64,000 bases of DNA, taken from the NCBI GenBank assembly GCA_032718475.1, contig JAUCBJ010000174.1:1-64000 (forward strand). The letters are read 5' to 3'. The stretch's first letter is position 1. Each line of letters starts with the position of its first letter. Below the pieces are notes generated by a model. The model did not search any database and was not told where the DNA came from. It saw nothing but the letters and a program-made list of their open reading frames with translations. The DNA comes from Nemertoderma westbladi (lineage: Eukaryota; Animalia; Xenacoelomorpha). A program made the position numbers and the translations under genes. Below, in pieces: positions 50,701 to 64,000 of the stretch.

Positions 50701-53700
50701 GATTATATATCCGGTACCGGCAGTAATGACATTGTCAATAATGTGGACGGGTCTGGAAATGTTAGTGATTATAAATCAACCTGTAATGAAAGTGTCAATA
50801 ATGTAAACAGTCTTGTTACCGGTGATTATATATCCGGTACCGGCAGTAATGACATTGTCAATAATGTAGACAGGTCTGGAAATGTTAGTGATCATAATTC
50901 AGCCTGTAATGAAAGTGTCATTAATGTAAACAGTCCCGATACCAATGATTATATATCCGGTACCGGCAGTAATGACATTGTCAATAATGTGGACGGGTCT
51001 GGAAATGTTAGTGATTATAAATCAACCTGTAATGAAAGTGTCAATAATGTCAACAGTCTCGTTACCGATGATTATATATCCGGTGCCGGCAATAATGATA
51101 TTGTCAATAATGTAGACAGGTCTGGAAATGTTAGTGATTATAAATCAACCTGTAATGAAAGTGTCAATAATGTAAACAGTCTTGTTACCGGTGATTATAT
51201 ATCCGGTACCGGCAGTAATGATATTGTCAATAATGTAGACAGGTCTGGAAATGTTAGTGATTATAATTCAGCCTGTAATGAAAGTGTCAATAATGTAAAC
51301 AGTCTCGTTACCAACGATTATATATCCGGTACCGGCAGTAATAACATTGTCAATAATGTGGACAGTTCTGGAAATGTTAGTGATTATAAATCAACCTGTA
51401 ATGAAAGTGTCAATAATGTCAACAGTCTCGTTACCGATGATTATATATCCGGTGCCGGCAATAATGATATTGTCAATAATGTAGACAGGTCTGGAAATGT
51501 TAGTGATTATAAATCAACCTGTAATGAAAGTGTCAATAATGTCAACAGTCTCGTTACCGATGATTATATATCCGGTGCCGGCAATAATGATATTGTCAAT
51601 AATGTAGACAGGTCTGGAAATGTTAGTGATTATAAATCAACCTGTAATGAAAGTGTCAATAATGTAAACAGTCTTGTTACCGGTGATTATATATCCGGTA
51701 CCGGCAGTAATGATATTGTCAATAATGTAGACAGTTCCGGAAATGTTATTGATTATAAATCAACCTGTAATGAAAGTGTCAATAATGTAAACAGTCTCGT
51801 TACCAACGATTATATATCCGGTACCGGCAGTAATGACATTGTCAATAATGTAGACAGTTCTGGAAATGTTAGTGATTATAATTCAGCCTGTAATGAAAGT
51901 GTCAATAATGTAAACAGTCTCGTTACCGACGATTATATATCCGGTACCGGCAGTAATGACATTGTCAATAATGTGGACAGTTCTGGAAATGTTATTGATT
52001 ATAAATCAACCTGTAATGAAAGTGTCAATAATGTAAACAGTCTCGTTACCAACGATTATATATCCGGTACCGGCAGTAATGACATTGTCAATAATGTGGA
52101 CAGTTCTGGAAATGTTATTGATTATAAATCAACCTGTAATGAAAGTGTCAATAATGTAAACAGTCTCGTTACCAACGATTATATATCCGGTACCGGCAGT
52201 AATGACATTGTCAATAATGTAGACAGTTCTGGAAATGTTAGTGATTATAATTCAGCCTGTAATGAAAGTGTCATTGATGTAAACAGTCCCGATACCGATA
52301 ATTATATATCCGGCACCGGCAGTAATGATATTGTCAATAATGTAGACAGTTCTGGAAATGTTAGTGATTATAAATCAACCTGTAATGAAAGTGTCAATAA
52401 TGTAAACAGTCTCGTTACCAACGATTATATATCCGGTACCGGCAGTAATGACATTGTCAATAATGTAGACAGTTCTGGAAATGTTAGTGATTATAATTCA
52501 GCCTGTATTGAAAGTGTCAATAATGTAAACAGTCTCGTTACCGACGATTATATATCCGGTACCGGCAGTAATGACATTGTCAATAATGTGGACAGTTCTG
52601 GAAATGTTATTGATTATAAATCAACCTGTAATGAAAGTGTCAATAATGTAAACAGTCTCGTTACCAACGATTATATATCCGGTACCGGCAGTAATGACAT
52701 TGTCAATAATGTGGACAGTTCTGGAAATGTTAGTGATTATAATTCAGCCTGTAATGAAAGTGTCAATAATGTAAACAGTCTCGTTACCGACGATTATATA
52801 TCCGGTACCGGCAGTAATGACATTGTCAATAATGTGGACAGTTCTGGAAATGTTAGTGATTATAATTCAGCCTGTAATGAAAGTGTCAATAATGTAAACA
52901 GTCTCGTTACCGACGATTATATATCCGGTACCGGCAGTAATGACATTGTCAATAATGTAGACAGTTCTGGAAATGTTAGTGATTATAATTCAGCCTGTAA
53001 TGAAAGTGTCAATAATGTAAACAGTCTCGTTACCGACGATTATATATCCGGTACCGGCAGTAATGATATTGTCAATAATGTAGACAGTTCTGGAAATGTT
53101 AGTGATTATAATTCAGCCTGTAATGAAAGTGTCATTGATGTAAACAGTCCCGATACCGATAATTATATATCCGGCACCGGCAGTAATGATATTGTCAATA
53201 ATGTAGACAGTTCTGGAAATGTTAGTGATTATAAATCAACCTGTAATGAAAGTGTCAATAATGTAAACAGTCTCGTTACCAACGATTATATATCCGGTAC
53301 CGGCAGTAATGACATTGTCAATAATGTAGACAGTTCTGGAAATGTTAGTGATTATAATTCAGCCTGTATTGAAAGTGTCAATAATGTAAACAGTCTCGTT
53401 ACCGACGATTATATATCCGGTACCGGCAGTAATGACATTGTCAATAATGTGGACAGTTCTGGAAATGTTATTGATTATAAATCAACCTGTAATGAAAGTG
53501 TCAATAATGTAAACAGTCTCGTTACCAACGATTATATATCCGGTACCGGCAGTAATGACATTGTCAATAATGTGGACAGTTCTGGAAATGTTAGTGATTA
53601 TAATTCAGCCTGTAATGAAAGTGTCAATAATGTAAACAGTCTCGTTACCGACGATTATATATCCGGTACCGGCAGTAATGACATTGTCAATAATGTGGAC

Positions 53701-56700
53701 AGTTCTGGAAATGTTAGTGATTATAATTCAGCCTGTAATGAAAGTGTCAATAATGTAAACAGTCTCGTTACCGACGATTATATATCCGGTACCGGCAGTA
53801 ATGACATTGTCAATAATGTAGACAGTTCTGGAAATGTTAGTGATTATAATTCAGCCTGTAATGAAAGTGTCAATAATGTAAACAGTCTCGTTACCGACGA
53901 TTATATATCCGGTACCGGCAGTAATGATATTGTCAATAATGTAGACAGTTCTGGAAATGTTAGTGATTATAATTCAGCCTGTAATGAAAGTGTCATTGAT
54001 GTAAACAGTCCCGATACCGATAATTATATATCCGGCACCGGCAGTAATGATATTGTCAATAATGTAGACAGTTCTGGAAATGTTAGTGATTATAAATCAA
54101 CCTGTAATGAAAGTGTCAATAATGTAAACAGTCTCGTTACCAACGATTATATATCCGGTACCGGCAGTAATGACATTGTCAATAATGTAGACAGTTCTGG
54201 AAATGTTAGTGATTATAATTCAGCCTGTAATGAAAGTGTCAATAATGTAAACAGTCTCGTTACCGACGATTATATATCCGGTACCGGCAGTAATGACATT
54301 GTCAATAATGTGGACAGTTCTGGAAATGTTATTGATTATAAATCAACCTGTAATGAAAGTGTCAATAATGTAAACAGTCTCGTTACCAACGATTATATAT
54401 CCGGTACCGGCAGTAATGACATTGTCAATAATGTGGACAGTTCTGGAAATGTTAGTGATTATAATTCAGCCTGTAATGAAAGTGTCAATAATGTAAACAG
54501 TCTCGTTACCGACGATTATATATCCGGTACCGGCAGTAATGACATTGTCAATAATGTGGACAGTTCTGGAAATGTTAGTGATTATAATTCAGCCTGTAAT
54601 GAAAGTGTCAATAATGTAAACAGTCTCGTTACCGACGATTATATATCCGGTACCGGCAGTAATGACATTGTCAATAATGTAGACAGTTCTGGAAATGTTA
54701 GTGATTATAATTCAGCCTGTAATGAAAGTGTCAATAATGTAAACAGTCTCGTTACCGACGATTATATATCCGGTACCGGCAGTAATGACATTGTCAATAA
54801 TGTGGACAGTTCTGGAAATGTTAGTGATTATAATTCAGCCTGTAATGAAAGTGTCAATAATGTAAACAGTCTCGTTACCGACGATTATATATCCGGTACC
54901 GGCAGTAATAACATTGTCAATAATGTAGACAGGTCTGGAAATGTTAGTGATTATAATTCAGCCTGTAATGAAAGTGTCATTAATGTAAACAGTCCCGATA
55001 CCAATGATTATATATCCGGTACCGGCAGTAATGACATTGTCAATAATGTGGACGGGTCTGGAAATGTTAGTGATTATAAATCAACCTGTAATGAAAGTGT
55101 CAATAATGTCAACAGTCTCGTTACCGATGATTATATATCCGGTGCCGGCAATAATGATATTGTCAATAATGTAGACAGGTCTGGAAATGTTAGTGATTAT
55201 AAATCAACCTGTAATGAAAGTGTCAATAATGTAAACAGTCTCGTTACCAACGATTATATATCCGGTACCGGCAGTAATGACATTGTCAATAATGTAGACA
55301 GTTCTGGAAATGATAGTGATTATAATTCAGCCTGTAATGAAAGTGTCAATAATGTAAACAGTCTCGTTACCGACGATTATATATCCGGTACCGGCAGTAA
55401 TGACATTGTCAATAATGTGGACAGTTCTGGAAATGTTATTGATTATAAATCAACCTGTAATGAAAGTGTCAATAATGTAAACAGTCTCGTTACCAACGAT
55501 TATATATCCGGTACCGGCAGTAATGACATTGTCAATAATGTGGACAGTTCTGGAAATGTTATTGATTATAAATCAACCTGTAATGAAAGTGTCAATAATG
55601 TAAACAGTCTCGTTACCAACGATTATATATCCGGTACCGGCAGTAATGACATTGTCAATAATGTAGACAGTTCTGGAAATGTTAGTGATTATAATTCAGC
55701 CTGTAATGAAAGTGTCATTGATGTAAACAGTCCCGATACCGATAATTATATATCCGGCACCGGCAGTAATGATATTGTCAATAATGTAGACAGTTCTGGA
55801 AATGTTAGTGATTATAAATCAACCTGTAATGAAAGTGTCAATAATGTAAACAGTCTCGTTACCAACGATTATATATCCGGTACCGGCAGTAATGACATTG
55901 TCAATAATGTAGACAGTTCTGGAAATGTTAGTGATTATAATTCAGCCTGTAATGAAAGTGTCAATAATGTAAACAGTCTCGTTACCGACGATTATATATC
56001 CGGTACCGGCAGTAATGACATTGTCAATAATGTGGACAGTTCTGGAAATGTTATTGATTATAAATCAACCTGTAATGAAAGTGTCAATAATGTAAACAGT
56101 CTCGTTACCAACGATTATATATCCGGTACCGGCAGTAATGACATTGTCAATAATGTGGACAGTTCTGGAAATGTTAGTGATTATAATTCAGCCTGTAATG
56201 AAAGTGTCAATAATGTAAACAGTCTCGTTACCGACGATTATATATCCGGTACCGGCAGTAATGACATTGTCAATAATGTGGACAGTTCTGGAAATGTTAG
56301 TGATTATAATTCAGCCTGTAATGAAAGTGTCAATAATGTAAACAGTCTCGTTACCGACGATTATATATCCGGTACCGGCAGTAATGACATTGTCAATAAT
56401 GTAGACAGTTCTGGAAATGTTAGTGATTATAATTCAGCCTGTAATGAAAGTGTCAATAATGTAAACAGTCTCGTTACCGACGATTATATATCCGGTACCG
56501 GCAGTAATGACATTGTCAATAATGTGGACAGTTCTGGAAATGTTAGTGATTATAATTCAGCCTGTAATGAAAGTGTCAATAATGTAAACAGTCTCGTTAC
56601 CGACGATTATATATCCGGTACCGGCAGTAATGACATTGTCAATAATGTAGACAGTTCTGGAAATGTTAGTGATTATAATTCAGCCTGTAATGAAAGTGTC

Positions 56701-59700
56701 AATAATGTAAACAGTCTCGTTACCAACGATTATATATCCGGTACCGGCAGTAATGACATTGTCAATAATGTGGACAGTTCTGGAAATGTTATTGATTATA
56801 AATCAACCTGTAATGAAAGTGTCAATAATGTAAACAGTCTCGTTACCAACGATTATATATCCGGTACCGGCAGTAATGACATTGTCAATAATGTGGACAG
56901 TTCTGGAAATGTTATTGATTATAAATCAACCTGTAATGAAAGTGTCAATAATGTAAACAGTCTCGTTACCGACGATTATATATCCGGTACCGGCAGTAAT
57001 GACATTGTCAATAATGTGGACAGTTCTGGAAATGTTATTGATTATAAATCAACCTGTAATGAAAGTGTCAATAATGTAAACAGTCTCGTTACCAACGATT
57101 ATATATCCGGTACCGGCAGTAATGACATTGTCAATAATGTGGACAGTTCTGGAAATGTTATTGATTATAAATCAACCTGTAATGAAAGTGTCAATAATGT
57201 AAACAGTCTCGTTACCAACGATTATATATCCGGTACCGGCAGTAATGACATTGTCAATAATGTAGACAGTTCTGGAAATGTTAGTGATTATAATTCAGCC
57301 TGTAATGAAAGTGTCAATAATGTAAACAGTCTCGTTACCGACGATTATATATCCGGTACCGGCAGTAATGACATTGTCAATAATGTGGACAGTTCTGGAA
57401 ATGTTATTGATTATAAATCAACCTGTAATGAAAGTGTCAATAATGTAAACAGTCTCGTTACCAACGATTATATATCCGGTACCGGCAGTAATGACATTGT
57501 CAATAATGTGGACAGTTCTGGAAATGTTAGTGATTATAATTCAGCCTGTAATGAAAGTGTCAATAATGTAAACAGTCTCGTTACCGACGATTATATATCC
57601 GGTACCGGCAGTAATGACATTGTCAATAATGTGGACAGTTCTGGAAATGTTATTGATTATAAATCAACCTGTAATGAAAGTGTCAATAATGTAAACAGTC
57701 TCGTTACCAACGATTATATATCCGGTACCGGCAGTAATGACATTGTCAATAATGTGGACAGTTCTGGAAATGTTATTGATTATAAATCAACCTGTAATGA
57801 AAGTGTCAATAATGTAAACAGTCTCGTTACCAACGATTATATATCCGGTACCGGCAGTAATGACATTGTCAATAATGTGGACAGTTCTGGAAATGTTATT
57901 GATTATAAATCAACCTGTAATGAAAGTGTCAATAATGTAAACAGTCTCGTTACCAACGATTATATATCCGGTACCGGCAGTAATGACATTGTCAATAATG
58001 TGGACAGTTCTGGAAATGTTATTGATTATAAATCAACCTGTAATGAAAGTGTCAATAATGTAAACAGTCTCGTTACCAACGATTATATATCCGGTACCGG
58101 CAGTAATGACATTGTCAATAATGTGGACAGTTCTGGAAATGTTATTGATTATAAATCAACCTGTAATGAAAGTGTCAATAATGTAAACAGTCTCGTTACC
58201 AACGATTATATATCCGGTACCGGCAGTAATGACATTGTCAATAATGTAGACAGTTCTGGAAATGTTAGTGATTATAATTCAGCCTGTAATGAAAGTGTCA
58301 ATAATGTAAACAGTCTCGTTACCGACGATTATATATCCGGTACCGGCAGTAATGACATTGTCAATAATGTGGACAGTTCTGGAAATGTTATTGATTATAA
58401 ATCAACCTGTAATGAAAGTGTCAATAATGTAAACAGTCTCGTTACCAACGATTATATATCCGGTACCGGCAGTAATGACATTGTCAATAATGTGGACAGT
58501 TCTGGAAATGTTAGTGATTATAATTCAGCCTGTAATGAAAGTGTCAATAATGTAAACAGTCTCGTTACCAACGATTATATATCCGGTACCGGCAGTAATG
58601 ACATTGTCAATAATGTGGACAGTTCTGGAAATGTTATTGATTATAAATCAACCTGTAATGAAAGTGTCAATAATGTAAACAGTCTCGTTACCGACGATTA
58701 TATATCCGGTACCGGCAGTAATGACATTGTCAATAATGTGGACAGTTCTGGAAATGTTAGTGATTATAATTCAGCCTGTAATGAAAGTGTCAATAATGTA
58801 AACAGTCTCGTTACCGACGATTATATATCCGGTACCGGCAGTAATGACATTGTCAATAATGTGGACAGTTCTGGAAATGTTATTGATTATAAATCAACCT
58901 GTAATGAAAGTGTCAATAATGTAAACAGTCTCGTTACCGACGATTATATATCCGGTACCGGCAGTAATGACATTGTCAATAATGTGGACAGTTCTGGAAA
59001 TGTTAGTGATTATAATTCAGCCTGTAATGAAAGTGTCAATAATGTAAACAGTCTCGTTACCGACGATTATATATCCGGTACCGGCAGTAATGACATTGTC
59101 AATAATGTGGACAGTTCTGGAAATGTTATTGATTATAAATCAACCTGTAATGAAAGTGTCAATAATGTAAACAGTCTCGTTACCAACGATTATATATCCG
59201 GTACCGGCAGTAATGACATTGTCAATAATGTAGACAGTTCTGGAAATGTTAGTGATTATAATTCAGCCTGTAATGAAAGTGTCAATAATGTAAACAGTCT
59301 CGTTACCGACGATTATATATCCGGTACCGGCAGTAATGACATTGTCAATAATGTGGACAGTTCTGGAAATGTTATTGATTATAAATCAACCTGTAATGAA
59401 AGTGTCAATAATGTAAACAGTCTCGTTACCAACGATTATATATCCGGTACCGGCAGTAATGACATTGTCAATAATGTGGACAGTTCTGGAAATGTTAGTG
59501 ATTATAATTCAGCCTGTAATGAAAGTGTCAATAATGTAAACAGTCTCGTTACCGACGATTATATATCCGGTACCGGCAGTAATGACATTGTCAATAATGT
59601 GGACAGTTCTGGAAATGTTAGTGATTATAATTCAGCCTGTAATGAAAGTGTCAATAATGTAAACAGTCTCGTTACCGACGATTATATATCCGGTACCGGC

Positions 59701-59977
59701 AGTAATGACATTGTCAATAATGTGGACAGTTCTGGAAATGTTATTGATTATAAATCAACCTGTAATGAAAGTGTCAATAATGTAAACAGTCTCGTTACCA
59801 ACGATTATATATCCGGTACCGGCAGTAATGACATTATCAATAATGTGGACAGTTCTGGAAATGTTATTGATTATAAATCAACCTGTAATGAAAGTGTCAA
59901 TAATGTAAACAGTCTCGTTACCAACGATTATATATCCGGTACCGGCAGTAATGACATTGTCAATAATGTAAACAGTT
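47702..59977 (+). repeat. 123-bp (41-codon) tandem array, about 100 copies, open in the ORF2 reading frame
   Basis: Unit NESVNNVNSLVTDDYISGTGSNDIVNNVDSSGNVSDYNSAC; single 4-bp deletion at 49720. Confidence 0.97.
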
Positions 59978-62326
59978 CAGCTGGAAACTTGATAGATCAA
60001 CGTAAATTTGATTATATTAAATTTTGTAATATTAATACGCGCTCTCTGCGTCACAAAGCAGATTATTTACGCGATTTTATGGATGAAAATAATATTGATA
60101 TTTTGGCTGTCACTGAGTCATGGTTGTCAGGTAATGATGATGACATACCAGTTGAAAATACTTTTACTAGTGATCTGATCTACAGGTTCCAACAAAACCC
60201 TAGAATATATAGTCAAATTGCTCAAAGCGGGGGTGGAATAGCTTGTGTGTCAAAAATTCAGCTTGATCTGAAGGATAAAACAGATAAATCATTACAATAC
60301 AAATCCTTCGAATTTATGGAGCTAACCTGTAGTAAATCCGTTACCTTAATTCGAATTATCATCATCTATAGAATACATCCTTCAACTAAAAATAAGCTCA
60401 CTGTCGACAATTTTATTTCTGAATTCTCAAATTTTATGCAATGTATTGTCCTTGCCCCCGGTGAACTAATAATGATAGGAGATTTCAACTTTCACATGAA
60501 CTATATAATCAATAATAAGGACGCAATGGAGTTCAATGAGTTGTGTAATTGCTTTGGCCTAATCCAACTCGTTACTGAACCTACTCATCGATGTGGTAAC
60601 ACTTTGGATCTGATCTTAGTACGTGATGAAACCAGTTTGGATATTAATAATGTAAATGTCAAGGACATAGGTCTTTCAAATCATTTTCCTGTTAAATTTA
60701 CTTTTCTTCACAGAAAACCTAAAATAAAAGAAGATTGGACCAGAACAAGAAACTTAAAATCTATTAATATCAATGTATTATTGCAAGACATTCAACAAAG
60801 TACATTATTTAATCAGGCTGATGACCCAAGTGATATAAATGAATTTGCTGCAAATTTTGATAATGTATTATTGAATATCTTAGATAAGCACGCTCCTTTA
60901 CGCCGGAAATCGTCAAAGCCACGAACAATCAGTGGAAAATGGTACACCACAGAAATATCTCAAGCAAAGCGTGTCGGAAGGCAATTGGAAAGACACTATC
61001 GGAAGTCTAAATTAACTTGCGATCTACTTATATATCGTGATCACTGTCAGAAATTGTCAAAGTTAATTGATAACACAAAGAGAGACTACTATAAAGGCAT
61101 CATAGAAGCTGGTGGTGGTGATCAACGGGTTTTATACAAGACAATTCAATTTTTAGTGTCCCCCAACAGTGCAAATGTGCTGCCATCTCGTGATAATGAT
61201 ATGATGTTATGCGAAGATTTTTCAAAATTCTTTGATACTAAAGTCCAAGAAATACGTCAGGATATGTCTGAAGGATATGCTGCAATTAATGATTGTGAAA
61301 ATGAGAAGGATGTATCTGTATCACAAAGTAACATCACCTCTTCAAGCGAGCTTTTCACCGAGTTTGAACCAGTAACAGTGCAATCTTTATCTGATCTTGT
61401 TAAAACAACACCAATAAAAACCGGTCCCGGAGATCCCCTACCTTCTACAATCCTGAAGGGTTGCATCCACTTATTGATTCCAGTGTTTGTATTAATCATC
61501 AACTTATCACTCTCTACTGCAAAAGTACCGATCCTCTTCAAGGAGTCAATATTACGGCCCCTTATTAAGAAAGTGCGCCTTGATCCAAATGTTCTAAACA
61601 ACTTCAGACCAATATCTAATCTAAAGTATATAGCTAAACTCACGGAGAGAGTAGTTGCAAGACAGTTAATGCATCATTTAACTATAAACTCACTACATGA
61701 ACCTTTTCAGAGTGCCTATCGTAGCGCACACAGTGTTGAGACCGCCTTACTGCGTGTAAATAACGACGTTTTACGATGCATTGATGATGGTGAGAGTGTT
61801 ATTTTGATAATGCTAGATTTATCCGCTGCTTTCGATTCGATCGATCACGATATATTGCTTTCCACTCTAAAGAACAATTTTGGTATCTACGGCCAGACTC
61901 TAAATTGGTTCAAATCTTTGTCAGATCGGACACAGAAGGTTCAGATAGGCTCAGCACAATCTGCTTCCATAACATTGCGGTATGGTGTACCACAAGGTTC
62001 GGTACTTGGACCCCTGCTTTTCACACTGTATACTCGGTCACTATCCCGCGTTATTGCTAAATATGGTCTTGGGTATCATTTGTATGCCGACGATACACAA
62101 ATTTATATTTCGTTCAAGCGTGAAAACTTGTCTAATGCGATACTGTTAAGTGAGAAATGTATAATTGAAGTAAAGCAATGGATGACTAGACACTGGATGA
62201 AGATGAACCCTGACAAAACAGAATTCATAGTATGTCAGTCAAAGTTCTCCCAACTAGTGCCAACTTAAAGTTTGCATATTGAAAATAACCAGGTGTTTAA
62301 TACTTCCTCAGTAGTAGGGTCTTGGG
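59978..62326 (+). pseudogene. L2-clade LINE ORF2 (APE endonuclease plus reverse transcriptase), 3' truncated
   Basis: NINTRSL, AVTESWL, GDFNFH, TLDLIL, SNH; FQSAYRSAHSVETAL, LDLSAAFDSIDH, GVPQGSVLGPLLF, YADDTQIY; stop at 62268. Confidence 0.93.
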
Positions 62327-62618
62327 CGGCTCTGCGACAGTTGGACCTAACTGACACCCATTGGGTGTCATATGACACCCAATTATCACCCTATGGGTGT
62401 CATTGGGTGTCATTGGCGCCAGACTGTCTGGGTGACACCTCCCAATTAGGCTAATTAGACCCTAATTGACAGGTGTCATCAATTAATTAGTACAATTAAA
62501 CCCTAACAGGTGTCATATGACTCCTAATTAGGGTTTAATTGATTATCCTAATTAATCAGACTGATTAGCGCCCCGACACACAATGGGTCATCAGTGATGT
62601 CCAACTGTCGCAGAGCCG
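62327..62618. mobile_element. Short foldback/MITE-like element truncating the L2 copy
   Basis: cggctctgcgacagttggac / gtccaactgtcgcagagccg inverted repeat with internal gacaccc/gggtgtc motifs. Confidence 0.6.
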
Positions 62619-62926
62619 GCTCAAGAGGGTGTCATAAGTGACACCGCAGCTCTTTTATTCATTAATACCTATTTATTTATATTTAATTTTAATTAATTAA
62701 TTGTACTTTATTTTAGATTTACCAATAATTAGTTTTATATATTGGTTTCTATATGACCTCATGGACTTTCATCTCGTTATACTTAGACATAGGGTATACA
62801 GCTCCCTTACTGGTAACTAATTACTCTTATCTATATCCAGACAGCTTTATCGTTGACCTTTGACCTTTGACCCCCCAATTAGCTTTAACCAAGCAACAGC
62901 ATATTAATGATAGTTGTATCCAAGCG

Positions 62927-63741
62927 CCCCTGCCCCCACCCCGTGACAGCTCTGATTACTAATTACTCTTACCTATATCCAACCGCCTGCAGTTCCATAG
63001 TCTGCCGCTAGAGGGCGTATTATCTGAAAATTAACATCTTCTCTAACTTTGTTATTTTCAATTTAACTATTTATTTGTACCTAATTTTAATTAATTATTT
63101 GTATTCTATTTGACTTTATTTATTCATTTGTACTTTATTTTAAATTAATTAATTGTATTACTTTTATTTTATACATTGATTTCTATTTTTAGATTAATTA
63201 GTTTTTATATTACCAATGAGATCACTATGACATAATGTCTATTTTTAGCTCTATGGTTTATAGATCCCTTATCGTTAACTTTATAATCTTTCCTCTCGCG
63301 GCCCCTTTGTCTTCGTTATTCAATGGCGCCACTCTGTCTACCATTGAATAACATTGGGCAATCATTATCTCGCCTGATGTGACGTCATCAAAGCTGCTCT
63401 CCCCCTGCCCCCCACCCCGTGACAGCTCTGATTACTAATTACTCTTACATATATCCAACCGCCTGCAGTTCCATAGTCTGCCGCTAGAGGGCGTATTATC
63501 TGAAAATTAGCATCTTCTCTAACTTTGTTATTTTCAATTTAACTATTTATTTATAATTAATTTTAATTAATTAATTGTACTTTATTTTACTTTATTTATT
63601 CATTTGTAGTTTATTTTAAATTAATTAATTGTACTTTATTTTACTTTATTTATTCATTTGTACTTTATTTTAAATTAATTAATTGTATTACTTTTATTTT
63701 ATACATTGATTTCTATTTTTAGATTAATTAGTTTTTATATT
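62927..63741. repeat. About 475-bp tandem duplication, AT-rich
   Basis: ccctgcccccaccccgtgacagctc... repeated at about 62927 and 63402. Confidence 0.8.
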
Positions 63742-64000
63742 ACTTACCGCTACTAAATGAGATCATTATTGGAAGCATGTAACCATAGACTTGCAGCCTT
63801 ATTTAGCCCTAGGGTATACAGCTCCCTTACTGGTAACTATTTTGGAGTTAATGTTAGCAAAGGGCCTAAACTTAAGACAAGCTATCGCCTAGGTTACCAG
63901 TTACGCATGAATGAGCAATTTATCGGGGCCCCTCTTAAAATTCTTTGTGCTGCGTCAGGATTGCCTCATTTAAGGAAGCCGCATCCCTATCGATAATCTA

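Noticed and set aside
50251-62268. 4005-aa ORF as a host surface or adhesin gene with the listed start
   Set aside because: The start is a GTG inside the array, there is no signal peptide, and the C-terminus is LINE APE-RT

Overview
AT-rich eukaryotic (probably invertebrate metazoan) DNA made almost entirely of nested transposable elements and tandem repeats, with one plausible host gene: a two-exon type II membrane fibrinogen-related protein (minus strand, 33657-36185). Contents: BEL/Pao-type LTR retrotransposon pieces (an internally deleted gag-protease element, LTRs, and two homologous zinc-knuckle accessory ORFs); hAT, P-element, Merlin and TTAA/piggyBac-type DNA transposons; RTE, RTE-X-like and L2-like LINEs; tRNA-derived SINEs; and satellites of 22, 53, 61 and 123 bp. 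Two observations stand out. (1) An L2-like LINE whose ORF1 and endonuclease-RT are joined by about 100 stop-free, in-frame copies of a 41-aa Asn/Ser/Asp/Val repeat (about 12 kb). (2) LTR elements pairing a 3' accessory zinc-knuckle/basic-tail ORF with LTR and leader RNA structures that show compensatory base changes between copies, resembling a complex-retrovirus-like regulatory system. All family calls come from motif recognition by eye; no searches or folding programs were run.
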